DNA from: the human T2T-CHM13v2.0 reference genome, Homo sapiens
Strand: one strand, 5' to 3'
Assembly (NCBI RefSeq): GCF_009914755.1
Contig: NC_060932.1
Length of the DNA stretch: 64,000 nt
Each line of letters begins with the position of its first letter. Position 1 is the first letter of the stretch. The notes beneath the pieces were generated by a model that was not told the DNA's origin, did not search any database, and was given only the letters and a program-made list of their open reading frames with translations. Shown here piece after piece: positions 40,761 to 53,671 of the stretch. Made by a program: the position numbers and the translations under genes.

Positions 40761-40780
40761 TTTCATTTAAGCTACCGTAA

Positions 40781-40781
40781 T

Positions 40782-40815
<34 letters not shown>

Positions 40816-41093
40816 AGACAGAGTCTTCTTTGCTCAGGCTTGGAATGCAATGGCGTAATCTCGGCTCCGTGTAATCTCTGCCTCTTGGGTTCAAACGATT
40901 CTTCTGCCTCAGCCTCCCAAGTAGCTGAGATTACAGGCGGCTGCCACCACACCAGGCTACTTTTTGTGTTTTTAGTAGAGATGGGGTTTTACCATGTGGA
41001 CCAAGCTGGTCTCGAACTCCTGACCTCAAGTGATCCGCCTGCCTTGGCCTCCTATAGTGCTGGGATTACAGGTGTGAGCCACTGCACCCAGCC
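40781..41093 (-). mobile_element. AluS
   Basis: (TTTTC)n/T tail, then antisense Alu to gcacccagcc. Confidence 0.97.
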
Positions 41094-41592
41094 CTGTATT
41101 TTTATCTCTACAAATTTTATTTATTCCTTTAAAACAGCATTGTTAAAGAACTTTATTCTTCTCTTTTCAAAATATTTATTTAAATGCATGCCTAGAATGT
41201 AAACATTTGCACATTATCAGCCTGCCCTGCTACTCGTAGTCTGACTGATCCTTGCCATCATCCCTTATTTTATTGGTTTTGGGATTATTATTATAACAGA
41301 ATAATACAATCATAAAAATAATACTTATAATTATTACTATTTTTTAAGCTTCATCTTTGGGAATTATTTGAGGCCAGTGTTAAAAAAAAAAGTTCTAGGA
41401 TAAACTACAGTGCCATTATCAAGCAAGGTTTGCTCTAAAATAAGTCAGGGCTTGAGGCCTCTCAGGAAATGCAGGTAATGCAAAGGCGGACGTGGGAGGG
41501 CAGCTGTAGTTACAGATTCTGAGGGGAGATATCTTTCCCATTTCTCCAATACCAGTAATGACACAGCAGATATCCTTATTGACCTACACTAC

Positions 41593-41763
41593 TGTGTGTG
41601 TCTGTGTATGCGTGTGTGTATGCATGTGTGTGCATGTATGTGTGTGTGCACTTGTGTGCATATGCACTTGTGTCTACATGTGTGCCTTGCTGTGTGTGCA
41701 CACATGTGTGTGTGTGCATGTGTACATGCCTATACATGTGTGTGTGCTTGCATCTGTGTGTGT
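41593..41763. repeat. ~170-bp degenerate TG/TGCA alternating purine-pyrimidine tract
   Basis: Visible; gives rise to the VC-rich ORFs in the track. Confidence 0.92.
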
Positions 41764-42972
41764 TTAGTTCTTTGTTTGATTAGATCATCCTATATTCGAG
41801 TGCAGGCTCTTAGTGTCCTGTCTTTGGGGATCCTGTGTCAGACTCCCACCTTGATGAGCTACCTGGCTGAGCCATGAACACCTGAGCTGTAGCTCTCTGG
41901 TCTTTAGCAGATAGTCCAGTACGAAGTAGCTTCAGTCTTTTCTTAATGATCTAAAGCTTTCCTTTAACTTTGTTTTCTTTTTTTTCCCACCCCTGAGGAT
42001 TTTCTATTTTCTTTAAGTTAAATGAGACATTTAATAGATTTTTATTTTTTATGTTAAACTTTTGTTTTAAAGTGAGAACTTTGTTCAGATATTGAATTGG
42101 TCATACTGCTGGAAACATATAACTAAACTTTAATTTCAAACTACAAGTCAAATCATATAATCTAACAGATACTCAGACACAAAGAAAATACATAAAATTA
42201 ATACTTAGGGAAGGTAAATGAGACACCTGCAGCCAACCCTCAATTTACTTAGAGTATTAATTAGAAACTGATTCGTTCATAAGTGAATATAACAACTATG
42301 TTTTCTATTAACTTTCATTTTGTCCTTATTTCAAGACAGTGTGTTTATTCATTGGTTGAGTGGCTAGCTTAATCCTGGATTTTAACTGTCAATGGGGAAT
42401 ATGAGGATTGTGAAATAAATTATTTAGAAAACCACTATAATACAGGTTTTGCTAAGAATTTATCCTTATGCCCATGCGGTTTTTGGATGACTGGCATTTT
42501 AGAAGCTTAAATATTTTATTGCACTGATATAAAATGTAAATGACTAATCATTACTGCGATTAAACCAAAAAGAAACATGTATGATAAAGACAGTATCTTA
42601 AATCTAAAAGCAATTAAAACAATTATTTTTCAAATTCGTCAGGTGCCTGATATTCCTGCATATAATAAAATGTGGACTTTTAGAACTGGAAGGAACCTGG
42701 AAATTCTATGATCTAGCTCTCTCATAGTTAGTGAGTATGGTGTTTAGGGTAGTTGATCATGAAGAAATACTGACCTTTCTGTGTTTGGTGATACTAGATT
42801 CATAAAGTATCTGAGAGGCATGCATAAGCTCTAAGCTCATGCATGAAGAACAAGTAGGTTTGGAAGACATCCACACTTTCTTCAGTAAACAATTGGAGTC
42901 TCAGATATTTTCTGAGAATCTTCTGTGCATGTCACTTTGCTATGCTGGGCTTTTGTGATGACAACCTCAGTG

Positions 42973-43337
42973 TTACCAGAGGCTGGGAAGGGTACTGGGG
43001 AGGTGAGGGGAGGGGGACACTGGGGATGATTAATGGGTACAAAAAGCAGTTAGAAAGAATGAGTAAGACAGTATTTGACAGCACAACAGAGTCAATAATA
43101 ATTTAGTTGCACACTTTAAAATAACTAAAGAAGTATGTTAGTGACCTACTCCTTTAGTTGTGATGTTTGTGACACAATGCATAAATGCTTGATGTGATGG
43201 ATACCCCATTCAGCCTGATGTGAATACTACATATTGCATGCCTGTGTCAAAATATCTCATGTAACCCTTAAATATATGCACCTATTACGTAGCGATGAAA
43301 ACTACAAATGGAACATTTAAAAACAAAAAAAGAAAAG
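42973..43337 (+). mobile_element. L1MA1/2-like 3'UTR fragment
   Basis: ttaccagaggctgggaaggg..taatgggtacaaaaa..gttagaaagaatga..taaatgcttga..gatggataccccatt..aaatatctcatgtaacc. Confidence 0.9.
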
Positions 43338-44622
43338 ACAAGATTTAGCTGGGGTATATGGCCTCATTTTCTACCTGGTTATGTCCTGATTTGTAAACAC
43401 ACATGTAAAAATATGGACTGAGAGGAAGAGAGTTTGTCACAGGGGACATTAAGTAAGGTTTCATGGAGAAAGTGGCTTGAAAGCTTAAAGATAGCTACGG
43501 TGGAACACGCATATGAAGATAGATGGGAAGGAAGAACAGTAAAAACAGAGGAAATAGCACACACAAGGCTCCTGGGTTGAAACTGTGCAGGAGAAGTCTA
43601 CTGGATTTCTGCTAGTTAGATTGCCCTTCCCCAGATTAAAGCGGCACTTTGATCAGGATTCCGTATTCCCTAACCCCCAACTACCTTCCCCACTATGTTT
43701 CTCTCTCTCTCTCTCTCCTTTTTTTTTCTTTTTACATGTACTCAATTCCTCATCTATGCATTACCCTCTGTTCCCATACAACTTCTCAAATTCTAATTTT
43801 TGTATTTAGTCAATGTCATTATTATGTCAGCCTTAAAATTAAATTCTATTTTTCAACAGCCTACCAGTGCATTATGGCCAGGATCAAATGCCACCTCCTT
43901 AATAAACTCATCCCTGATTCCTCATTGTGAATTTTCCTTCCAGTAAATGACATATTTGCAATTTTTTCACATTAGCTTAAAACATTGTTTTCACATTTAC
44001 AAATTTGTATACTTAGACAATGAGGCAGAAAACTAGACTTCATTTTTAAATTCCCAGTGGTAACTTGCAGACCATCTTGGACACAGTCAAAAAGTTTAGA
44101 AGGCGAAAAGAAATAATTGTGGGGGCTTATATGTGTTTTACTCTCTTTCTCATATGCTTTATGGTTTATTTGGTGCTTTTTGGATAGTCAATTTATATAT
44201 ACTTTCATTACAATTAATGTTATATTTAGGTATTATTATTCTTTCTTTACACTTAAAAATCATGGCACATACCCCAGACTGTACATAGTAAGTGAACAGA
44301 GCTGGGATTAATATCTAGATCCACCTCCAAATTTCTTTTACTTCCTGCACTGGCATGAACTGCAAATCTCTGACAGAACATGATCCTTGCATGAGGTCAT
44401 TTGCCTTGAACAAAATGCATAAAAGCAAAAAAAAAATTGTTCTTAGGATAGGGATCTCAGATTAGGACAAAACATCAAATATAAATAGGCCTTTCTTCAA
44501 TGTGCAAGACTTATTCCTATAGCATCATGTTTTTGACCTTCGGATTAGATTTTGAGGCTACAACTTTCTGGAGAAAAACTGAACCATTAATGATGAATCC
44601 CAGAATATTATGTATTTTATAG

Positions 44623-44823
44623 GTCTCTGGTATTTCCTGAAACAACGAAAGAATTGATCAATAATGCTGTGTTTGAAAGTAAAGACAAGACTAACTCACT
44701 GGACGACAAACATGCAACCAGAAAATCTTTTTCTTTGAAAATTATTACTTGTTGTAGTTTCCATCTTAGGAAATTAGTCGATGAATTAAAGCACACTAAA
44801 GGCATACAGATCCTGCTTTAAAG
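44623..44823 (+). other. Candidate exon (201 nt, or 54 nt from the internal acceptor at 44770)
   Basis: tgtattttatag|G... and ttgtagtttccatcttag|G..., with strong donor AAG|gtgagt. Confidence 0.25.
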
Positions 44824-45105
44824 GTGAGTTAACAAAGAGCAACTTTAAAGTACAAAGAAAGCCTCAAGACAGTCACCTCCTCCCCAACTCAAACTTCACC
44901 TGTTGATTTGTTTCATGCCTTAGCTGTCATGTAACCGAAACAGTTGGTTCCAGTTTGCATAGTGTGACAGCTACCAGCAGTCTAAATAAAACATCTTTCT
45001 CTTAAACAACATGAGCAATATTCAAGCATTCCCGTATAAATAGAATGGATATGCAGTCCTCATAGGATATCACTCTCATACTGACATTGACATGTAACGC
45101 TAGTC

Positions 45106-45193
45106 AAAAAAAAAAAAAAAAAAAAAAACCCTAGAAGAAAACCGAGGCAATACCATTCAGGATATAGGCATGGGCAAAGACTTCATGACTAAA
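45106..45193 (+). mobile_element. Isolated ~70-bp internal L1PA ORF2 fragment headed by A23
   Basis: aaaaccctagaagaaaaccgaggcaataccattcaggatataggcatgggcaaagacttcatgactaaa matches L1PA ORF2. Confidence 0.88.
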
Positions 45194-48100
45194 TTTCAAA
45201 TAATTCTTAGCTGAATTCCTTAATTAAGGCAAGGACCTTTTGGCTTATTTGCTTGAACATTATACAATTTTTTCAAGTGTGATTATTTTTTTCTAAAGTT
45301 TTATCATCTTTTATCAACTTACAAATATTACTTCGAAAATGAAACTCTAATGTAAAGGTGAAATTGAGTATTTTAGTTCTCAACGAAAAGTTAAGCCATG
45401 GCAACTCCACAAAAATGAGATTGACACAGGAGAGGAAAAATGTTACCAAGTTTTTTAGAATAGTAACTGCATGCTATAGTTTGAGACACCTTTCAATTAT
45501 ACTATATTATTTAGGCTCCATGTCAGCTCTGTTACGCTATTTTGGCTTTGTTTCTGTATCGTGGGAAAGAAGATTTAATTTAAAAGTATTATAATAAAAT
45601 GCAAGGCTTCTCCATTAACCAGAGTTAGTAAATAGCAGAAGACAGCTTTGGGGTCTTTTTGAATCTATGCCCTTTTGCGCTGCTTTCGAACTTCATGCTA
45701 TTTCAAGTACTGTCCTACACATGCTATTATAAAATATAAACACAATATTATTAAATGTATTTTTAAAAGTGAAAAAAGTTAAGTAGTCTGCCTTTCCTAA
45801 TGACTCACACTTTAGACAAATTGAAGTATTCATAGCGGTTTACACTCTTCGTAATCCTGCAGTTAGCTGAAAATAATTTCCAGGATCTAAATCCTTTTAC
45901 CATTGTACAATGCTGGATTCCACATGAATATTCTAAGTAGCAAAGCTCTGTTGAATCACACTATTTGCATTTACTTTATTTATTTACCTATTTAAAAGGA
46001 CCAAAAAAGCCAGTGGAGCCATAACCAAGGTATAGTAAACCCTCGGCTAAACCTGGGGTATAGAGAGAGGAACTCTTGGTATCAGTACATCCCACAGCAC
46101 AGTGGAGAGTTGTGGAGGTACAACTGGTCTGTTCCCCCTCTAGCGCTGTTATTATCAGCGCTTGGGAAAGCTCCTCTCTCCTGCCCCTCTTCCACTTCTT
46201 TCTGATAGTTGCTGTTTGAACACTTCTCATTGCCTTCTTCCGCATTCTATCACTGCCCTTGCTGCTGGGTCTACTCTGCCACGTTCCTCACATTCTGCTC
46301 CCTCTAACCTAGAGCATTATGACAGGCTGATCTCAATTACCACTGTTTTGTGAGTCAGTTCATCTTCTATCTGGGAAGGTCTTGACAAGTCCATTTTGAA
46401 TGACTTACAACTAGACTCAGTATCTACTACCATAATTATTATTTTGCATTTTATTTTATGCAGTGCATAACGTGGATTTGCAAAGGTGCTCCTATTATCT
46501 AGACTGAAATGCAGTGTCTTAGCAAAATATTTGTCCTAGTTGTGAATTTTATCATATTACTTTATTAAGGTATTAAACTCAAATTATTTTCATATATGCA
46601 TAATACACTCCCTATTTGGTAATCTTTATTATATTGATGTCTTGTTCACTTCTGTAGTCCTATTTAGATTATAAGATCCCTATACTGGAATTAAGTATCA
46701 GTTAACAAATGTTAGCGGCATTCAGATTCTGGGATAAGTCTTTACATTTGTTTCTATTTACTTAATAGCTTTGTAAGATTTGCAAACGCATATTTTTTCT
46801 AAGTTTTTATATTATTGTCAGTAAAATTAGTATAGTAGTATTTCTTATATACAGTTCTTTAAAATAATAAGATAAGGTGCAGGAAAAGGTTCAGCATATT
46901 GTAAGACTGAAATAATACTACCATTTATCAATATTAATGTGCATCTTCAGTAAATATATGTTAAACTACCACACAAGAGCATGTGTTACAATCATGAAGC
47001 AAAGAGATAGAGATACTGCAAGTAATACATAAAATTTTAAAATCGTACCTTAATAAAGTTACATGTTTCAAATATATGAAGCTCAAACACATTCAAGCAC
47101 CCTGACAATAAATTATACTGTAAAAAAGGTTGAAAAAATGTAGAATCTTGTGTTTTGTTTGTATATCCATAAGGTATATTATGAGAACAGGTATATAAAC
47201 AAAACAAGGTGATATTAGGTGAGAGGTCCCTCTGTCATTTTAAAGATAAGTTAATTCATTCCTGTAGAAGTAAAATGTTTCAGGTTATGAAATGCTATTT
47301 AAGGTGACTCAGCAATTTAATAACAGCATGTTCATTATAATCCGTGTCTCTTGATTCTGAAATTGAAGATATATTTTGGTTCCTACATTATAATTATCTT
47401 AATAGCAATAGGCTATATAAATATGCTTGGCTTTTAGCCAAAGAAGGCTCCTCAAGGACCAAAGGCTTGGATGGTTTTGTAAAGTCCTTTAAAAAGGCTA
47501 CTAACTTCTGAAAACAAACAACAGGCAGTACATACTGCTGACTTATTTATCATGGGATGCCTTGTGACCTATCATCTTATTTAAAAGCTGGTTTATTTCC
47601 ATCAATTATGTTTTGGTGTGATTCATTTTACCTTTGTATATTAATTTCTGCCCAAATAAATAAAAGGTATGTTACGTGACCCTCACAGAATAATAAATAT
47701 TAAATTCACAAAACAAGCAAATTCTGGAAAGGTGTTCCAAAATCCTCAGCAAAGGCTCTGCATCACCAAGCAGACTGGGCCAAATCCTTTCCTTTTGTAA
47801 TTTCTAATTTAATTACTGGCATTCATAATTTATACACTCAAACCATTTACAAGCACTTTTTCTTATAGTTTTATAGCCTCTAACAGAGCTGATTCTAGTG
47901 AGTATGACAGTCTCACTTCTTTGTGGGAGGATTAACTGGACAGCCTGATGAAATATGCCCAGGCACCACAGAATTCAGAGAATTATAGTGGTGCTAACAG
48001 CCCATCTATTGTGAAGGCTGTGGTGGTGTTTTCATGATAAGCTCTGATTAGCAGGGCTGCACATTTTAACGATTCTAAATTGCACTGGCTGAACTGTGGC

Positions 48101-48372
48101 ATAGTGGAAGCAAATCTTTCTATATAGGAGTTGAAGTGCTGCAAAGATTGCTCTGAGATTTCGAGCTTGGAAACACAGTTAGTGAATTATTGTTTCAATA
48201 CTACAGCAACAGCTATCTGTACTATCTGAACTGGTGAGAGGCACTCTGTGTTTCCTCACATAGGACGCTGCCTTCTGGGACAGACTATTTTGAGTAGCAC
48301 TCAAAGGCTTCAGACAAATGGACTGAGCTACCATGGCTGCCCCAGGCCCACAAAATGTTGAAGAAGAAATGT

Positions 48373-48778
<406 letters not shown>

Positions 48779-49859
48779 TTAATGTATCATCAGAACAAAT
48801 ATTTTAGTAACAATCTATCATAAAGACAGACATTTTCTAAGGAGATTACAATTGTCATTTATTTGAATCAGGAAATACTTCCTCTGAGGACAAAGCATCT
48901 ACCAATAGGTTCAATGCCTCCACCCATGTTTTGTGAAGAAGTATCTTGTTAAATACTGTCCTAACAAGCAGTGATTAAAGAATTATGAGGATTACAAGCA
49001 TCACATTGCATTAGCGTTTAAAGGCTGATTATCTCTGTTTCTCATAAGGAGCTCTGAGCTGATTAAATTATTTTCATTCACTAGTTAGCCCCTGAAAGGA
49101 GGGCTGAAGGGCAAGAGGCATTTCTCCCCCAAAACTGTCTAAATTAAATATGACTAAATCATTGTAAAACAGTATGCAAGGACAATGGCGGAGGAAACAA
49201 GGAAATCCAGCTCATGGTAGGCTATAAGGAAATTTCAATCTTAAGATCAAAAAGTAAAGAGCTAGCCAGTGTGGAAATGTCAAGCGGAAGTTAGAGAGTT
49301 ATTGATATAGTGCCATATCCTATCCGGACTTGATTTTCTATGTACATGGACAGACATTGAATTTTTATATTTTGGCTTCAGGTGCTCATGGCAGGTGATG
49401 AAAGCAATGATCTGTGGCTATACAAGCTTGCCAAGTGTTCTTGCATCTCAATAGGGTAGGTACCATCTTGTACTCTACCAGGTCCTGTCCAGTGCACACC
49501 TCTCCTGTCGGCAAGTGTGAGTTGGAGGACAGGATGGGATGGGGGATGAGTTATCCCATAAGTGTGGCTTCTCTACTTTTTTTCTCAGTAGCACCGATGG
49601 CCTAAAAAATATCCAAATCCCTCTTCCAACCTCTGAAGACTCATCTGGATCTTACCTGCCTCACGGTCTGTCTCTCATCCTTTGCCATGACTCCCTTTCT
49701 GAGGTAAAGCTCTGGAAATGCTGTCCACATTTATTCACCATTCCTTTACCTACTACACCTCAACTCCACAGAATCTAAACTTTGCCTCCACCATCGTGTA
49801 GAAGCTGCTTTTCCTAAAATCAACAGTGCCACCCATGTGGCAACCCATCATAAACTTGT

Positions 49860-50287
49860 TGTTGTGGACAGAATGTTTTTGTCCCCCACCCATTAAATTT
49901 ATATGTTGAAGCCCTGGCCCTCAGTGTGGCTGTATTTGGAGATGGGGACCTCTAAGAAATAAGTAAGCTTAAAAGGAGTCATACGGGTGGGCCCTGATCC
50001 TATGAGATGAATGTCCTTTGAAGGAGTGACACCAGAGAGCTAGGGTATGCTCGCTTGCGCTCTCTCTCTCTCCTTTCCCCCTGTACACTTACCAAGGAAA
50101 GGCCATATGAGGACATAGCAATAAGACAGCCATCTGCAAACCAGGAAGAGAGCTCTCAGAGAACCCAACCATGCCGGTGCCTTGATCTTGGCCTGTCAAT
50201 CTCAAGAACTATGAGAAAATATGTTTCTGTTGTTTAAGCCACCCAGCCTATAGCGTTTTGTGATAGCAGGCTTCTCCAACCAATACA
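49860..50287 (+). mobile_element. MLT1A/MSTD-type MaLR solo LTR
   Basis: tgtggacagaatgtt..atgttgaagccct..gtatttggagatgggg..gccatctgcaaacc..ccttgatcttgg..tgttgtttaagccacccag..caataca. Confidence 0.9.
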
Positions 50288-50353
50288 CATATAGAGGGGC
50301 ACACATACCAGAGTGACCTATTCAACTTTGCCTTTTAAAAAGTACCTGTTGAT

Positions 50354-50673
50354 GGCAGGCATGGTGGCTCACACCTGTAATCCCAGCACTTTGGGAGGCC
50401 GAGGTGGGTGGATCACCAGGTCAGGAGTTCGAGATCACCCTGGCTAATATTGTGAAAGGCCGTCTCTACCAAAAATACCAAAAAAAAAAAAAAAAAAAAA
50501 AATTAGCTGGGCCTGGTTGCATGCACCTGTAATCCCAGTTCCTCGGGAAGCTCAGGCAGGAGAATCGCTTGAACCCGGGAGGCAGAGGTTGCCGTGAGCC
50601 AAGAACTTGCCGCTGCACTCCAGCCTGGGTGACAGAGTGAGACTCTGTCTCAAAAAAAATAAAAATAAAAAAT
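50354..50673 (+). mobile_element. AluS (Sg/Sc-like) with expanded middle A tract
   Basis: Full Alu. TSD aaagtacctgttgat (50339-50353) / aaagtacgtgttgat (50674-50688). Middle A run at about 50479-50502. Confidence 0.97.
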
Positions 50674-50699
50674 AAAGTACGTGTTGATGTGGTAGAAAG

Positions 50700-51340
50700 T
50701 GAGGTCAGATGATATTAGGGTTTTGTATCAGCTCCATCAGGATGACTGAAATTGTTATGGAAAGTTGTTAGTCAAGAAATGATGATGTCCTCAACTAGAA
50801 CAGTGAAGGTTGGAATGAACACATGGCTGTGGCTGTGGGAGACGCAGGGGAGAAAAAGCCAACAGGATGTGACTGCGTGGTGCCAGTTAGAAAGAAGATG
50901 GAGTCCAGATTGTAAGATTTCCAGACTGAATAGTTGGGCAGATGGTAATGGTGTTTACTGACATATTGCATAATGGAAGATAAGTTGATTTATAGGGATA
51001 ATGTATTAGGCACGTAGAATTTCATCACTGAAATCGTAATATCCAGTAAGTTGTTGGAGATGTGGGATTGAAGATCATAAGAGAGGGCTGAAGTGAAACT
51101 ATATCTCGGAGATGGTATCCATTCACTCATTTAACAATATTTAGTGAGTACCTACTTACTATACCAGGCACGATTGCAGGTTCTAGGGATATATACATTA
51201 ATGTGTGTAAGGAAGATAAAATTAAGTGACTTTTGTCGATTTTACATTTGACTTGGCGAAATAAACAGTGAACATATTAAATAAATAAATTTTATAGGAT
51301 GCTAGAAGGTGAAATACACTTTATGGAACAGAAAGCGTTG
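50700..51340. mobile_element. L2 fragments
   Basis: atccagtaagttgttggagatgtggg..gagggctg; catccattcactcatttaacaatatttagtgagtacctact..ccaggcac. Confidence 0.65.
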
Positions 51341-51689
51341 GTGTAAGGGAGACAGGGAGTACCTGATTGGGGTGATGTCGTTTTAAGCACATAGACACAG
51401 AAATGCAAATTGTAGCCAAGAAAACTTACAAACTGACATCTTTTTGGCATACTGTACAGAAGAGGAGCTGGTGGGAACACTCATGATGATTATTATGGAG
51501 AAAGAGGGGATTATAAGGGTATGATCGCCAAAGAAAATGTTTTCAACTATATAAAACCTGAAAGTATGGCAGATAAACTAAGAATTAAAAAAAAGAATAA
51601 AAGTCTTTCCAAACTGTTTAAAGATACGATCCAATTTTCTTAATGTGCAAGCTCTTAATTAGTGAGATGGAGGTGTGGGATTCCTCTCT

Positions 51690-52090
51690 GTCCTCACCCC
51701 ATGCAGCTCTCTTCTCTGCTCACTCCACCCCACGTAAAGCATACTTCTTGTCATATTTTAAGCACACTGTTTACTATGTTCACAGCCGCAGAGCCTAGGC
51801 ATTGATATTCGCTTTGCCTGCAATGTCACTCAGTCATCATCTGACCAGCTGACAGGCTCACCTCATCTGTTAGTTTAAAACACAGGTCCTTGGAGGAGCC
51901 TTCCCTGACAACTTCCCTGGGCAACTTTAGTTCCCATGATCAGTGCCTTCATGAGAGCTTAAATGCCACCTCCACAGCTCTCATCATGCTTGTATGATTT
52001 TTAGTGTCTATCTTTCCTTTTGTACCATCATTCTTTTTAGAATGATGTCAGAGTAGTAAGCCATTTCATTTGGTTCAATCTACTTAATTA
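51690..52090. mobile_element. L2 fragment
   Basis: ctttgcctgcaatg..ggaggagccttccctgac..gtgtctatctttcc. Confidence 0.5.
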
Positions 52091-53671
52091 TCTACTCATT
52101 TTCCTTCTTGAGATTACAGACCCTGGTCCGTTCACACTTAATATTTTTAGTGCATTTTTTCCTATGAAATGGATACTGGATTTGCTCGGCCCTATTGTAT
52201 GGTTTCTGGCTGAACTGTTCAGGCATGATCGGAAAGGAAAAGAAAGTAGAAGACAGGGATAGAGAGGAGAGGGGAGGGCAGAGAAAGAGAAAAGAGGCGA
52301 AGGGAAGCAAGGAGAGAGCTATAAACATGGGAAAGAAAAGAGAAGTATAGGGACAGAAAGAAAACACAGAACCAGGGGAGCTAAAAACACAATTTAACAG
52401 TTAAAACAATTCATGTACAATGTTCCTACATTCCTATGTTTTAAAAATATAGATTAAGCGATACATTTTATAAACTCCACATTTCATTTATTTATAACAT
52501 TTTCTTAAAGTGGAAGAATCAAGTAAAGAACAATCACAAAACACTATTTGATGAAAGCTGAGAGATTTATATTTTTCTGTATGTATCCATTTTACACCAG
52601 GACAAGTAAGGGCCCCTCCTCTTATTTCTGGAATTTGAATTTGTGCTAATGTACGCCAACAACAGGAGAGAAAATCAAGTATCCATTTCCTTTGTCAAAA
52701 TCATTTCACTCATGGTAGGGATTAGTAAGACTGAGAAAATAAGTGGAATATTTTCATTCTTGGAAATTTACAAAGGTAGATGGAATCAAATACGCTTCCT
52801 TCTCTTTCATGCCGCCAAATGTGGGCATGAACTGTTATCTTTCTCTAAACTCATTCCCCCATCTAAGGCATTCTAAGTTCTTGGAACCAACAGATCACCT
52901 TTGATGTGGCATCATTTCTTATCCTTCAAGGAAAAATTAGAACATCCCTCATCCACAGTCCCACTGAAGTCACGCCTAACTACTCTCTCGGGAAACTGAG
53001 GGTCAACATATCAGTATCTGCTCCCTTCATTAGGTGTCTTGAAGGCAAGCAGGACGTGATCCTTTTTGTCTTCTAAGAAGCTAGTTCAGTGATTGGCCCA
53101 TGGTATCCTGAACTCCCCAAACATATATTCACACACATGCTTATGCATTTAAATGCATGCTGAGAAATCAAGGGATTATTTCGTAACATTTAAGGTGTGT
53201 GCCTGAACACTAAAACTCAAAGCCAGAGAAACTGATTTCGTGTTTTACAGTGGGAAAGGAGATGACAAGGCTGTGAAGTTAGAAAGAAACTCTGTTTTCA
53301 GCCTTACTACGAAATAATGGACAAATAAAAAGTGTATATATTTAAGGTGTAAAACATGTTGTTTTGGTATACATATACCTTGTGAAATTATTATGACAAT
53401 AAAGCTAACTAACATGTCCACCACCTCACAGAGTTACCATTTTTTATGCATGGTGAGAACAGTTAAGATCCACTTTCTTAGTACTTTCATTTATACAATA
53501 AAGTATTACTAACTGTAGTCCCTACACTGTACATGAGATCCTCAGAATATATTTAGCTTATAACTGAAGCATTTTATACTCTCTGACCAACATTTTCCCA
53601 CTCTTTCCATCACCCCACTTCCCCAGCCTCCGGCAATGAGCATTCTATTCTCTGTTTCTATAAGTTCAACA

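Noticed and set aside
41558-41877. Cys/Val-rich ORFs
   Set aside because: They are translations of the TG-rich simple repeat.
45106-45128. Poly(A) as the tail of a processed pseudogene
   Set aside because: There is no upstream cDNA-like sequence, nearby polyadenylation signal or TSD. The run is contiguous with the downstream L1 fragment.
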